A stretch of 64,000 bases of DNA from a virus (lineage: Duplodnaviria > Caudoviricetes): positions 6,461 through 70,460 of IMG/VR virus record IMGVR_UViG_3300001598_000050. The stretch is one strand, 5' to 3'. Positions 26,490 through 35,962 of this stretch are shown here, in pieces. A program made the translations under genes and the position numbers. Each line of letters starts with the position of its first letter. Positions within the stretch are counted from its first letter, which is position 1. The notes beneath the pieces were generated by a model. The model was not told the origin of the DNA and searched no databases. It worked only from the letters and a program-made list of their open reading frames with translations.

Positions 26490-28322
26490 TTAAATACTTT
26501 TTGTCCAAATATATTTTTTACTTCCTGCACCAAAAAGCTGCGCAATAGAAGCGTCCTTCAGTTCAGCATGACGACGAGGCTTTCGGTTAACAACCTGTCC
26601 GTTCTTTAACAGCCACTTCATGTCAGGGCCTGTGTAGCCGGCAAATTGCATTCCGGCGGCTTCATAGCTTCGGCCGTCAAATTTATTAAAGTCGCAATAA
26701 CTGAAAATTTTACTTGGCCGATAATCGGTAATAAAATGTTTTAAAAGCTTAGACACTCCGCCAACTACTATATTATTGCTGCCCGGACAGCCACGAATAA
26801 TTTCCCACTCGGTGTCTGTACTAATATTTCTATTGTACCGGGTATGACTGAAACTCATCAACTGCACAAGCTGTCCTTCATAAAATAATCCATAAGTAAC
26901 CTGTGCTGCACGATGTCCCTGTAAATGTACCTGTTCATTTAAAACAGCAGCCTCCGCATTTGTAATTTGGCGAATCTCACAATTACGAGCATAAACACGA
27001 GACTTGACTCTACCTAAAGCAATATCTAGCATCAATTTAATTTTTTCACGCATAGTCGGATCTTCCCATTCATACTCCCAAATATGGATGAGCCTAATAC
27101 CAGCGGCTTCAGCAGATTTAGACTTATTAAAATGATAATTTTTATCCGGCTGTACTTCAGTAGAGTGCCAGTAAGTGCCATTAAATTCGATTCCAATTTT
27201 TTTACTTGGAATATAAATATCAATTTCTTTACCACTGAGGACTGTCCTGCTATTCATTTCGCATAAGTCAGCTCCGATATAATCTGCAATTTCCTGTTCA
27301 TAATGACTTATTCCAGTGTACTGCTTCTTAATCATACCAAGTAAATTATTCTTACTTAATAAATAATAAGCATTATCACGAGAAATCTGAAGCTGTTGAG
27401 CAATATCATAGATAGATTTATCTTTGCAAAAGTCAGCAAGGGCCACAGGGTCTTCAAATAAACTTAAATATAAATCCGAATAATTCTCAGCAGAATACTT
27501 ATTCTTGCGCGCAGTCTGACAGCGCTTCTGCCTTATTTCTGGATTATTCTGCCACTCTGTTGATAAAAAGGCATAGTCTGTGCCATAAGTAGCCTGGTTA
27601 TACTGCTTAATGGCTTCTTTTCCTTTTTCGGAGCCTAAAAAAGTATTTGCGCCATAACGTTCTTGGCAGGTTTTCTTTGCTTGCACCCGATTGGTAAAAT
27701 GTGTATCACCATAGCGTTCTTGCTTAGTAGTACTGCTCTTTTGTTTTAGTTCTTCTACCTGAAAAGTGTTATCACAACCATACCTAGCCTGACAAGTTTC
27801 TATACATTTTGCACGGTTATTAAAATTAGGATCTCCATAACGTTCCAGCTTAGTTTGTCTGGCTTTTTCCTTAATTTCTTCAGGAGTCACATTCGAGGGC
27901 TGTAGATGCAGTTTATCTCCCCAGGTAGGGCTATATAGTGCCTTATTGGTTGCAATTTGCTCCTCCCGCTTGGTATGGGGCGTAATATTATATAAGTGAA
28001 GCAGATAATTTACAAAATATTCTTTAACTGCAAAATGCTCTGCAGTTAAATATGCAGAGCTGGTTTTGTAGTAATCAACTATTTCTTGCCGCTGTTCTTC
28101 TGGGACTTCATCGTAACCGTCAGCGTGCAAATGTATATATAGATTTGCTTCCGCAAAAGAATGTGGTGGCAAATTATGCAGTTTACAAAAAATATTCATT
28201 GCACTGCGAGATAAATTAAATTTTCGAGCGGTTTCTGCTACATTGTGCTCTTTGTAGTAGTCACAAATTGCCTGGATGGTTTGTGCATCCAGCGATTCAG
28301 CCGCGCTTTTTCGGTTACCCAT
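26490..28322 (-). mobile_element. free-standing putative homing endonuclease (Hef/Vsr-like PD-(D/E)XK) inserted in polA
   Basis: N-terminal HTH-like repeats, (E/A)RYG repeats, EIDIYIPSKKIGIEFNGTYWHS nuclease motif, C-terminal VYARNCEIRQ domain; sits between two polA pieces. Confidence 0.8.
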
Positions 28323-28324
28323 AG

Positions 28325-30229
28325 TTATACCTCGATTTGATATGTTTTTGCGACAGAATTATATGAGATATTTTTTATCATTTCCTGTGTACCGTCTACT
28401 AAAATTGCACTGCCTGCTGTAAGACTGTCACAATATTTAAAACCGTCAGGAGTCTCAACTTCAGTTATTTCGGGCACAGTAAATGTATTTTCAGCGTCTG
28501 CCTCGATTAATTTAGCAGATGATGCAGCCTTGAATAGCATACGGCATATTTTTCCGTCGCCTCTGCTTGGTATATTTTGAATGTTAATTCCACTCACAGT
28601 AACCTGTTCGTCTTTATCATTCAGCCAATGCCATTTGCCACCCGATGAATATCTGCCTGTATTTGTGCCTGTAGCATTGAGATGAAAGCGAATTCTACCA
28701 TCTGGCCAGTGCTTTGCAAGCTCAGGAATAACGTCAATATAAGTTGTAATCAACTTCATAAAAGCCCTGCGCTTCAGCAGCATACTTGCAAGATTAGCCG
28801 CATAAGCCCATTTTTTGTCTTTTGAAATATCATCAGGGCGGTCAAGGGCTTCTTCAGCCTCTTCCATATCACCGTCTTCATTCGTCTCAGCTTCTTCGGG
28901 ATCTTCAAGCATAGGCAGATATCCTGCAAGCTTTTCTTTAATTTCTATCAGCTGATCTTTACCTGTTTTCCTGTTAGTTGTGTCGCCAGCTGTTACTTCA
29001 AGCACATCGTAAAACAGAATTGCAAGCTGAGTAGGTGAAGCAAAGTTTACAGGATTGTCCAGCTGTGCTGCTTTTGATTTACCTATCTTATAGCGGTTTC
29101 CGTCGTCATCGATGTTAGGATATTCCTTTTCAATCTTTGCCTGTGCCATTGTAGTCTTTTTAGGTACATACGTTCTTGTCTGCTCATTGTTCTCAGGCTT
29201 CAGACGCCACTCATTAATTACGCCAGCAATAGCTGACATGGTTTCATCTACTTTTCTGTCAAGCTGATCAAGTAACTCGTTATACTTCTCTTTCAGTTTT
29301 GCACCTAGTTTCTCGTCTACACCAACTCCTGTGAGCTCCATCTCAGCTGTAACTACTGTTATAGGCATTTCTACTTCATGAAATAACCAGCGAATACCCG
29401 GAAGCATTCTGGTACCTGTCATATCGAGATGCGGGCCATACTCGTCTTTTGTAAGTTCTTTTTCCTGCCGCTCATAGAGTTTATCAGTCATAAATGCGTC
29501 GGTTGCGCTATAAAGTGCAAAGACTTCCGGATCTACATCAGCATATGCAACGTGCTCAAACAGTTTTTCAATATCATATTTTTCCTGCTTAGGGTCTATC
29601 TTAGTTACATACTGAGACTTTAAACCTGCAAGCTCATTTTCATTCAGAAGTCTTGCACAGGTCATTGTGTCCCAGTAGGGCTTCATTTCAACTCCGCAAG
29701 TGCATTTCAGAACTTCGTAATCGAATTTAGCGTTATGAAAAATTTGCTTTATTCCTGAATCATTGATTTTTATGAGTGCTTCTGTAATATCCTTTTCAGT
29801 CAGCTGCCAGGAAAGACGTTCTTTCGTCTCAGAATTTCGATGATTAATCGGAACATAAGCCTGTTTACCGCCCGGATAATAAAAACACGGGCCCATAAGC
29901 TGACAGTAGCTGCAGTCTGTGGTATTATTTGTTTCAGTATCTATTGCAATTCGGCCAGAAGCAATAGCATTTGCAATATAGGTGTCAAGCTGTTCTTTCG
30001 TCTTAATAACCAGAACATTTTGTTTTTGTTTTCCGAGTACTCTGTGAACAGTTGAATTAATAATAGCAAGTCTCTCCACAAGAGTAATTTTTCTGGACTT
30101 TAAAGCTTTTCCAGCATCAATATCCTCTGCGGGTTTCTCAAGCTTTTTCTTAATCTTCTTGGTGCTCACTTTGGGCAACTGAATGTCTAAGTCATCACCA
30201 AAAATAGACACATAACTGTAGTTTTCCAT
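28325..30229 (-). CDS. polA: family-A DNA polymerase, N-terminal piece (3'-5' exonuclease and thumb) with a C-terminal appendage
   Basis: IAIDTET (Exo I), IFHNAKFD (Exo II), YSATDA (Exo III), TGTNTGRYSS, INIQNIPSR, RMLFKA. Confidence 0.92.
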   Translation of the reverse strand: MENYSYVSIFGDDLDIQLPKVSTKKIKKKLEKPAEDIDAGKALKSRKITLVERLAIINSTVHRVLGKQKQNVLVIKTKEQLDTYIANAIASGRIAIDTETNNTTDCSYCQLMGPCFYYPGGKQAYVPINHRNSETKERLSWQLTEKDITEALIKINDSGIKQIFHNAKFDYEVLKCTCGVEMKPYWDTMTCARLLNENELAGLKSQYVTKIDPKQEKYDIEKLFEHVAYADVDPEVFALYSATDAFMTDKLYERQEKELTKDEYGPHLDMTGTRMLPGIRWLFHEVEMPITVVTAEMELTGVGVDEKLGAKLKEKYNELLDQLDRKVDETMSAIAGVINEWRLKPENNEQTRTYVPKKTTMAQAKIEKEYPNIDDDGNRYKIGKSKAAQLDNPVNFASPTQLAILFYDVLEVTAGDTTNRKTGKDQLIEIKEKLAGYLPMLEDPEEAETNEDGDMEEAEEALDRPDDISKDKKWAYAANLASMLLKRRAFMKLITTYIDVIPELAKHWPDGRIRFHLNATGTNTGRYSSGGKWHWLNDKDEQVTVSGINIQNIPSRGDGKICRMLFKAASSAKLIEADAENTFTVPEITEVETPDGFKYCDSLTAGSAILVDGTQEMIKNISYNSVAKTYQIEV

Positions 30230-30257
30230 TTACTGCTCCTTCTGTTTCATATACTAT

Positions 30258-30295
30258 ATAATACAATAAAGACAGCCCTGAATTGAGCTGTCTTT
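30258..30295 (-). promoter_or_regulatory. fused terminator hairpin and extended -10 promoter
   Basis: AAAGACAGCTC-loop-GGGCTGTCTTT-ATTG-TATTAT upstream of the polA N piece. Confidence 0.6.
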
Positions 30296-30314
30296 AAAGT
30301 TTTTGTACTTTTTA

Positions 30315-31190
30315 TCAGAAATGGAAACCGCCAAACTGTCTTGCAGGTGCTGCAGCAGGTTCAGAGGCTTCTACGGGGCTCTGTGGGGCCTGCGGAGCTA
30401 CAGGGGCTGCAACTGTCTGGGCAGGAGTTGCAGGAGCTACAGGGGCCGCGGCAGGAGCTGCAGGAACGTAGGGTGCACCATACTGAGAGGAAGCTGCAGG
30501 AGCTGCCGGAGTCGAAGCCTGAGTATTTGAAGCAAACTTACCTTCTGCAAGATACTGCATCATATCAGCCGCTGACTTTACCCAGTAGTCATGCTTTGCA
30601 GGGTCATAGCCTTCAAATGCACTGAAGTCTTCAGGAATCATGCTTGCAGGACAAGAGGTACTGTCTTTATCAATGGGAAGAGGTGTATATCTGGTTTCAG
30701 TCTTCTGACCAGTACGAGTAATCTTGAAAAGTCTCTTTGAAAGATCACCATACTCAGTAATCATGCCAGTAAGTTCCTTTGCAAAACCATACGGTCTTTC
30801 CCAGATTACAGGTGTGGGTGCTGTCCAGGCGTTTGTCTTAGGATCCTTATAACAAACCAGCATAGGCACAAAAATCTTCTGCTTTGCTTTACCGATTACA
30901 GCGTGACCTGCATCAGCAGCATTACAGAACGGGCAATTGCCGTAAGAGCCGTAAGGATTCAAACAGCTAATGCCACTGAAACCGGGAATACCTTCAAATC
31001 TGGTGCCAAAGTTAGCTGTGTGGGTTGTTGCACCACGGAAGTCATCAGCTGAATGGATAGCAAAACGGACTACAGCAGATTCACCATCGCCAAGAGTCTT
31101 GAACCAGCCAATCTTGGGTCCGTTGCTGTTGTTGTCATTTGAGGTCTTAGGTGCGTTGTTCTGATAATCATTGTAAGAAAAAGTACTCAT
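30315..31190 (-). CDS. ssb: single-stranded DNA-binding protein (gp32-like)
   Basis: replisome context, CLNP...CPFC cysteines, VIWER, YGDLSKRLFKITRTG, Pro/Ala-rich linker, aromatic tail FGGFHF. Confidence 0.7.
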   Translation of the reverse strand: MSTFSYNDYQNNAPKTSNDNNSNGPKIGWFKTLGDGESAVVRFAIHSADDFRGATTHTANFGTRFEGIPGFSGISCLNPYGSYGNCPFCNAADAGHAVIGKAKQKIFVPMLVCYKDPKTNAWTAPTPVIWERPYGFAKELTGMITEYGDLSKRLFKITRTGQKTETRYTPLPIDKDSTSCPASMIPEDFSAFEGYDPAKHDYWVKSAADMMQYLAEGKFASNTQASTPAAPAASSQYGAPYVPAAPAAAPVAPATPAQTVAAPVAPQAPQSPVEASEPAAAPARQFGGFHF

Positions 31191-31248
31191 TTTAATTTCT
31201 CCTTGTTACTCTTTTTATTTTTGCTTACAGTATATAATACAATAACTT

Positions 31249-32238
31249 TTACTGGAATTTGACATCTTTAAAATATTTTTCAACTAAATTATTCCATTCA
31301 TCATCCGACAAATCATTCGGGTCCTTTTTTCCTGCAGGAAACTGTACGTCTGTTGTCAGAATATTCGGTGATAAACTTTTTTTAATAAGTGCATTGAACT
31401 TTTTTCCTGCCCAGTCGTTATCAAAAGCTAGATATAAGCTTCTTAACTCTGACTTATTCAACGACTCAATCTGCTGTGGCGACATTTCACCAAGCATTGC
31501 AACAGCAGGTACTCCATGTGTCCAGCAGGTAAGCATATCTATCAAGCCTTCAACAACCATACAGGTCTTTATGTTGTACTTCTTAATCATATTAAGCCCG
31601 TAGACTGGTTTATCAGCATTTTCAGTCATATAGAATATTTTAGAGTCTATAGAACGCTTAGCGTACATAACTAAGTTGTCTGTTGCGTCTTTAATCGGAA
31701 AGATTACCTGTCTGCGTGTCGGATCGTATTTTACCTGAAACTGATAACAAACATCTCTGCTCAGATTTCTTTTTGCAAGATATGAACACCAAGACTGATA
31801 AGTATCAAACTCTGACTGTGTACGCAGAAAGTCGGAATCAAATGCCTGAGCGGCTTTTGATTTATTAAGCTGAATAAAGCCTTCCATAGGCTTGGTGGTT
31901 TCACAAAGAACACCATAATTCTTTATCAACCATTCCTGAGCATAATCAAGTGAAGAGCTAAAACACAACGCAACAAACCGGTCAAAGCTACCATGCTCGC
32001 CACAGGCAAAACAGTGAAATGCCGCAAAACGGGCTTTGGACTCATCTAAGTTTATATGACAGTCTGGATGTGCTTCAAGACCACCCGCATGCTCATCGTT
32101 AGGGCAAGTAACTACCAGTTCGTCCTGTTTAATAACTATATCTCGCAGCTTACCGTTCGTCATAATACGCTGAAGATGAAATACTATCTCCTGAACAGGT
32201 GTGTCAATTATATAGTTTTTTACTCTTATACTACTCAT
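31249..32238 (-). CDS. dnaG: DNA primase (zinc finger and TOPRIM)
   Basis: CPNDEH...HCFACG zinc finger, VIFPI, VVEGLIDML, LAFDNDWAG, KDPND. Confidence 0.92.
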   Translation of the reverse strand: MSSIRVKNYIIDTPVQEIVFHLQRIMTNGKLRDIVIKQDELVVTCPNDEHAGGLEAHPDCHINLDESKARFAAFHCFACGEHGSFDRFVALCFSSSLDYAQEWLIKNYGVLCETTKPMEGFIQLNKSKAAQAFDSDFLRTQSEFDTYQSWCSYLAKRNLSRDVCYQFQVKYDPTRRQVIFPIKDATDNLVMYAKRSIDSKIFYMTENADKPVYGLNMIKKYNIKTCMVVEGLIDMLTCWTHGVPAVAMLGEMSPQQIESLNKSELRSLYLAFDNDWAGKKFNALIKKSLSPNILTTDVQFPAGKKDPNDLSDDEWNNLVEKYFKDVKFQ

Positions 32239-33260
32239 TTTTCAGAACTTATTACCTTCTCATTAATAGCCTGTAGTAAATCATACACTTTTTCTTTATC
32301 TGGATGAAGCGGCAGATCAGTGTTACTTTTTGCGTACTTGAATCTGGCTTCCAGTTCATTATAAAAATCGTAGAATTCAGGAATAATCATGTCTTTATCA
32401 TCGACGAATTTTCCATTACGAATATCCATAAGAATGTCATGCTCTTTTTCACGATATGTAACTATCTGCTTATTTTCAAGCATATCAATTACCATATACA
32501 TAAGTCTTACTGTGTGCATAAGATGCTTACTCATTCTGTCATGAGTCATTGCGTACTTATTGCGTTTTCCAAGCTTACTATACTCACGGGTGATATTAGT
32601 CATCTCATTGAAAAATGTAGTAAACTCACGCAGTGAGACATGTCTGTAGTCTGCATCCATGAATATTTCAGACTGATAGCCTTCACTGACAGCATCATCA
32701 ATATACAGCTTAAGCGGACAGGCAGAATCAGGATAACTGTGGTTAAAATGAACCATTGCGCCTTCGATACTGTTCAGCACATGCTCTTCCAGGCGCTTCT
32801 GTTCTACATCTGCTATCTGCTTGCATTCGGCACGTCTTATCTGGTCATTTGCATATCCGGCAAAGGCTTTAATTGCAAGCTGACTCAGGAACAAATCTTT
32901 ATTATCTAGCAGCAGTTTACCAGCTTCAGTAAGCACCAGATAATGCTCAGGCTTCAGACCGAGAATTTCTATAATATTAGGATTAGAGTAATAAAGCAAA
33001 TTGAACATTTTTTCTACGGAATAGATAATAGTATCCGTTTTAGTTTCAACTATCTGCTCAAAATCCTGTCCTGTCAGAATATTTCTCTTGCTGTTAGTAG
33101 CAATTCCACGGATGTCCAAGTCTGATGTTTCTACATTTGTCCCGTAAGCATGACTGCCGCCAAGACCCAGCAGAATTATACTACTGCTGAGCTTTTTATC
33201 TTCAGCAAGAAAATTATACTCAGGCTGTGTTATAGTATTTTTAATTTGTTCGAGTGTCAT
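32235..33260 (-). CDS. Pol-beta superfamily nucleotidyltransferase
   Basis: GGSHAYGTNVETSDLDIRG (GS...DxD), SNPNIIEIL, KHLMHTVRL. Confidence 0.85.
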   Translation of the reverse strand: MTLEQIKNTITQPEYNFLAEDKKLSSSIILLGLGGSHAYGTNVETSDLDIRGIATNSKRNILTGQDFEQIVETKTDTIIYSVEKMFNLLYYSNPNIIEILGLKPEHYLVLTEAGKLLLDNKDLFLSQLAIKAFAGYANDQIRRAECKQIADVEQKRLEEHVLNSIEGAMVHFNHSYPDSACPLKLYIDDAVSEGYQSEIFMDADYRHVSLREFTTFFNEMTNITREYSKLGKRNKYAMTHDRMSKHLMHTVRLMYMVIDMLENKQIVTYREKEHDILMDIRNGKFVDDKDMIIPEFYDFYNELEARFKYAKSNTDLPLHPDKEKVYDLLQAINEKVISSEK

Positions 33261-33274
33261 CTTAAGTCCTTTCG

Positions 33275-34579
33275 TTAAAACGGTACGTCATCATCAGCAG
33301 GGTATGAAGCATAACGTGCTTCAGTTTCCTGAAAGCCTGCTTCGGTAGAAATACCATCGCCTTCAACAGGTATATATGTAAAACGGCCTGTATTAAAGTC
33401 TGCTACATATGTCAGTTTCTTGTGGTCGCCGCCGTCTCTCGCTTTTGCAATATCAATAGTAAGTTGTACTTGTCTCAGATTTTCATCGTACTTTTGATCA
33501 AGCATAAGCAAAGTTGTGGCATACTGCGGAATTTTATCTGAGCCTGCTATCTGAGTTGTATCTTTCTCACCGTTTTCGTTTTTAGTTCTGTTCATCTGTG
33601 ACAGCGAATAAATAGGCATACGCTTTTTAACCTGCAAGGCTTTAATCTTCTTAGCGATATTACCGACACGTTCTGATTCAGTCCTGCAGGGACTGTGGTC
33701 TTCAAGCAGTGAATACTGGTCAATATAAAGCACGTCAAGTTTATACTGATCTATAAATGCTTCAAGTGTATCAGTAGTTACTTCGCCTTCTGGAACGTCA
33801 TTAGGAGTCAGAACGTGAATGTTGCCTTTAATTCTGTGGTTAATGTTTTCAATATAATCAGCATACTCATGCAGCACAAATGAATCACCACGCATAAGTC
33901 CTTTGTTGCTGATATGGCTCACAAGTGTATCAATTCTGTATGCAAGCTTATCTGTTGTAATTTCGCCTTCATAAATACCGACATTACAGCCTTCAACAGC
34001 ATTCTGTACAGCACTTACAAGCATCATCCAGGTTTTACCGAGTCCGGGACGAGCTGCACACACAAAGTCTTCATTTTCAATGTCAAGTCCGCCGAGAATT
34101 TCATCAAGCTCTTTGAGTCCTGTGGACAAATAGTACTTATTCGGATTCTGCATCTTTTCCTGATAGTGCTGAAATCTCGAAGTGTCTTCTACAATATTTG
34201 TAGCTGACATAACTTTTCCGCTTTGCAGGCCCTGAGACGCTGACGCAAATACTTCAAGAGCTTTATCTTCCTGACCACTTTCGATAAGCTTCTTTATATT
34301 ATTATATGAGTTTACTACATGGTTCAGATTGTACTCACGCAGAAGCTGGCTGAGAACATATCCTGCAGGCTCACTTACCGAATGAATTGAAAAATCAGGA
34401 AAAGCACTGCAGAAAGTAAACTTATCAGGTACCTTACCATACTGGTCATAATGAGCCTTAATGAAGTTATACTCAGTTTTACAGTCAGGAAAGAACTTAT
34501 CAGACAGATTATTTTTTATAATTACAGAATAATCCTGATCATCAAGCAGTTTATTTATAAATACTTCCTGTGCTATCAT
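33275..34579 (-). CDS. dnaB: DnaB-like replicative helicase
   Basis: ARPGLGKT, LYIDQYSL, YSLSQMNR, IAGSDKIPQYA, KARDG. Confidence 0.92.
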   Translation of the reverse strand: MIAQEVFINKLLDDQDYSVIIKNNLSDKFFPDCKTEYNFIKAHYDQYGKVPDKFTFCSAFPDFSIHSVSEPAGYVLSQLLREYNLNHVVNSYNNIKKLIESGQEDKALEVFASASQGLQSGKVMSATNIVEDTSRFQHYQEKMQNPNKYYLSTGLKELDEILGGLDIENEDFVCAARPGLGKTWMMLVSAVQNAVEGCNVGIYEGEITTDKLAYRIDTLVSHISNKGLMRGDSFVLHEYADYIENINHRIKGNIHVLTPNDVPEGEVTTDTLEAFIDQYKLDVLYIDQYSLLEDHSPCRTESERVGNIAKKIKALQVKKRMPIYSLSQMNRTKNENGEKDTTQIAGSDKIPQYATTLLMLDQKYDENLRQVQLTIDIAKARDGGDHKKLTYVADFNTGRFTYIPVEGDGISTEAGFQETEARYASYPADDDVPF

Positions 34580-35265
34580 TAATACTCATCATCCTTTCCT
34601 GTCATTGAGGCGCGTTTATCTTTTCCAAAAAGCTGAACATTTACAGACTCATTGGCTATACGGCTTGCAAGTCGCTCACCAAGAATTGCGGACAGTTCGG
34701 CGGGCAATCTGTTTGCTGTATAAATATTGGTTTTTCCTGCGTTAATACGCTGATTTATCAGGCTGAGCAGCAAATTAAGCTCAAATTCTGTACCAGGTTT
34801 TTCTGCTATTTCATCCCAAACGACAATTTCAGCCTTCAGAATGTTTTCTTTAATGTAATCTACTTCTTCGCTTGGCACTGAAATACTTGCTTTTACCTGA
34901 TTCAGAAAACTCGGGACATGAATAAACAGTCCATGACAGCTTAAGTCAGCCCTTACCCAGATCTTATCAAAATAGCTCTGAAGCATACGTGCTGCCCATG
35001 AGCTTTTGCCATTACCACACTGCGCGGAATAAATAAACAAATGCTTATTCTTAGCAATAAAGTTTATGATATCCTGTTCAATATGATGCAGACGTTTAAA
35101 CGACTCAATATCCTGTGCGTTATTATCAGGCACCAGTTTTATGTGCTGACGCTGCTTCCATGACATTTTTGCATAATCATACAGGCGCTCTGTTCGGAAT
35201 TTCTTTTCACAGAAATCTTTTTCACAGTCTATATGATTACACTTATCATACAAAATGCAATTCAT
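34579..35265 (-). CDS. DnaC/IstB-like ATPase, putative helicase loader
   Basis: CGNGKS Walker A, VVWDEI, YTAN, ERLASRI; adjacent to the helicase. Confidence 0.82.
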   Translation of the reverse strand: MNCILYDKCNHIDCEKDFCEKKFRTERLYDYAKMSWKQRQHIKLVPDNNAQDIESFKRLHHIEQDIINFIAKNKHLFIYSAQCGNGKSSWAARMLQSYFDKIWVRADLSCHGLFIHVPSFLNQVKASISVPSEEVDYIKENILKAEIVVWDEIAEKPGTEFELNLLLSLINQRINAGKTNIYTANRLPAELSAILGERLASRIANESVNVQLFGKDKRASMTGKDDEY

Positions 35266-35297
35266 TTTTCTCTCTCCTAATCCTAGATTTATACTAT

Positions 35298-35338
35298 ATT
35301 ATACGATAAAAAAGGGCCTACAATAACTGCAGGCCCTT
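35298..35338 (-). promoter_or_regulatory. fused terminator hairpin and -10 promoter
   Basis: AAGGGCCT-loop-AGGCCCTTTTTTATCG-TATAAT. Confidence 0.6.
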
Positions 35339-35348
35339 ATTTTTTTTC

Positions 35349-35759
35349 TTACTTTCCGGAGCTTCCGGCCCAGGCAGTACCGCGATTTGATTCGCTCAGT
35401 TCGTCCACAACTTCAAGAGCTTCATGGAATACAGGAAATACGTACAGCGAATACAGACGTTCGCCTGCCTTGAATGTGATATCTTCATCAGCATCTGAAT
35501 AAATCATGCCGTGAATCTCACCTCTGTAGTTTTCGTCGATCAGTGGCGCTTGTATAATAAGATTCTGCTTACAAATAGAGCTTCTCATAGCAAGAAGTCC
35601 TGCATGTCCGGCAGGTAGCTCAACACAAACACCTGTGTCAATCACAGTAACTTCGTGGGGCTTAAGTGTAACATCTTCCTTCAGATAGAAATCATAACCA
35701 GCGTCACCATCACGGCCCTGCTTAGGACACTGAGTTCCAGGTAACAGTTTAATTTTCAT
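35349..35759 (-). CDS. dut: trimeric dUTPase
   Basis: GDAGYDF, AMRSS, LIDENYRGEI, GERLYS, RGTAWAGSSG. Confidence 0.9.
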   Translation of the reverse strand: MKIKLLPGTQCPKQGRDGDAGYDFYLKEDVTLKPHEVTVIDTGVCVELPAGHAGLLAMRSSICKQNLIIQAPLIDENYRGEIHGMIYSDADEDITFKAGERLYSLYVFPVFHEALEVVDELSESNRGTAWAGSSGK

Positions 35760-35962
35760 CAGGCTTCCTCCGTAGTAGCAGTAGTTGAAATAACTTCTTG
35801 TGATACCTGCTGAACAGCCTTAATAAGGCTTACAGTATCCGGAGCGAGCTCGTCAATTGAACCATCCTTAAGTCCGTTGTCAATGTCTCTGAGCAGCTTT
35901 CCGCAAGCCATAATAGCATTGATTTCTGTTTCATTAAGCATAAGTACTTTCTTAGTTGTCAT
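35759..35962 (-). CDS. hypothetical protein
   Basis: 67-aa ORF, stop/start overlaps on both sides. Confidence 0.65.
   Translation of the reverse strand: MTTKKVLMLNETEINAIMACGKLLRDIDNGLKDGSIDELAPDTVSLIKAVQQVSQEVISTTATTEEA

Noticed and set aside
25730-26490. Group I/II introns as the explanation for the polA interruptions
   Set aside because: The gaps are only 8 nt. The 70-100-nt spacers between pieces are AT-rich promoter/RBS DNA with no room for a ribozyme core, and each piece has its own start signals. RNA-level removal still needs testing by RT-PCR.
25912-28560. Canonical split inteins joining the polA pieces
   Set aside because: No Cys/Ser at the block A position 1, and no His-Asn plus nucleophile at the start of the downstream exteins. 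Kept only as degenerate Hint-like modules.
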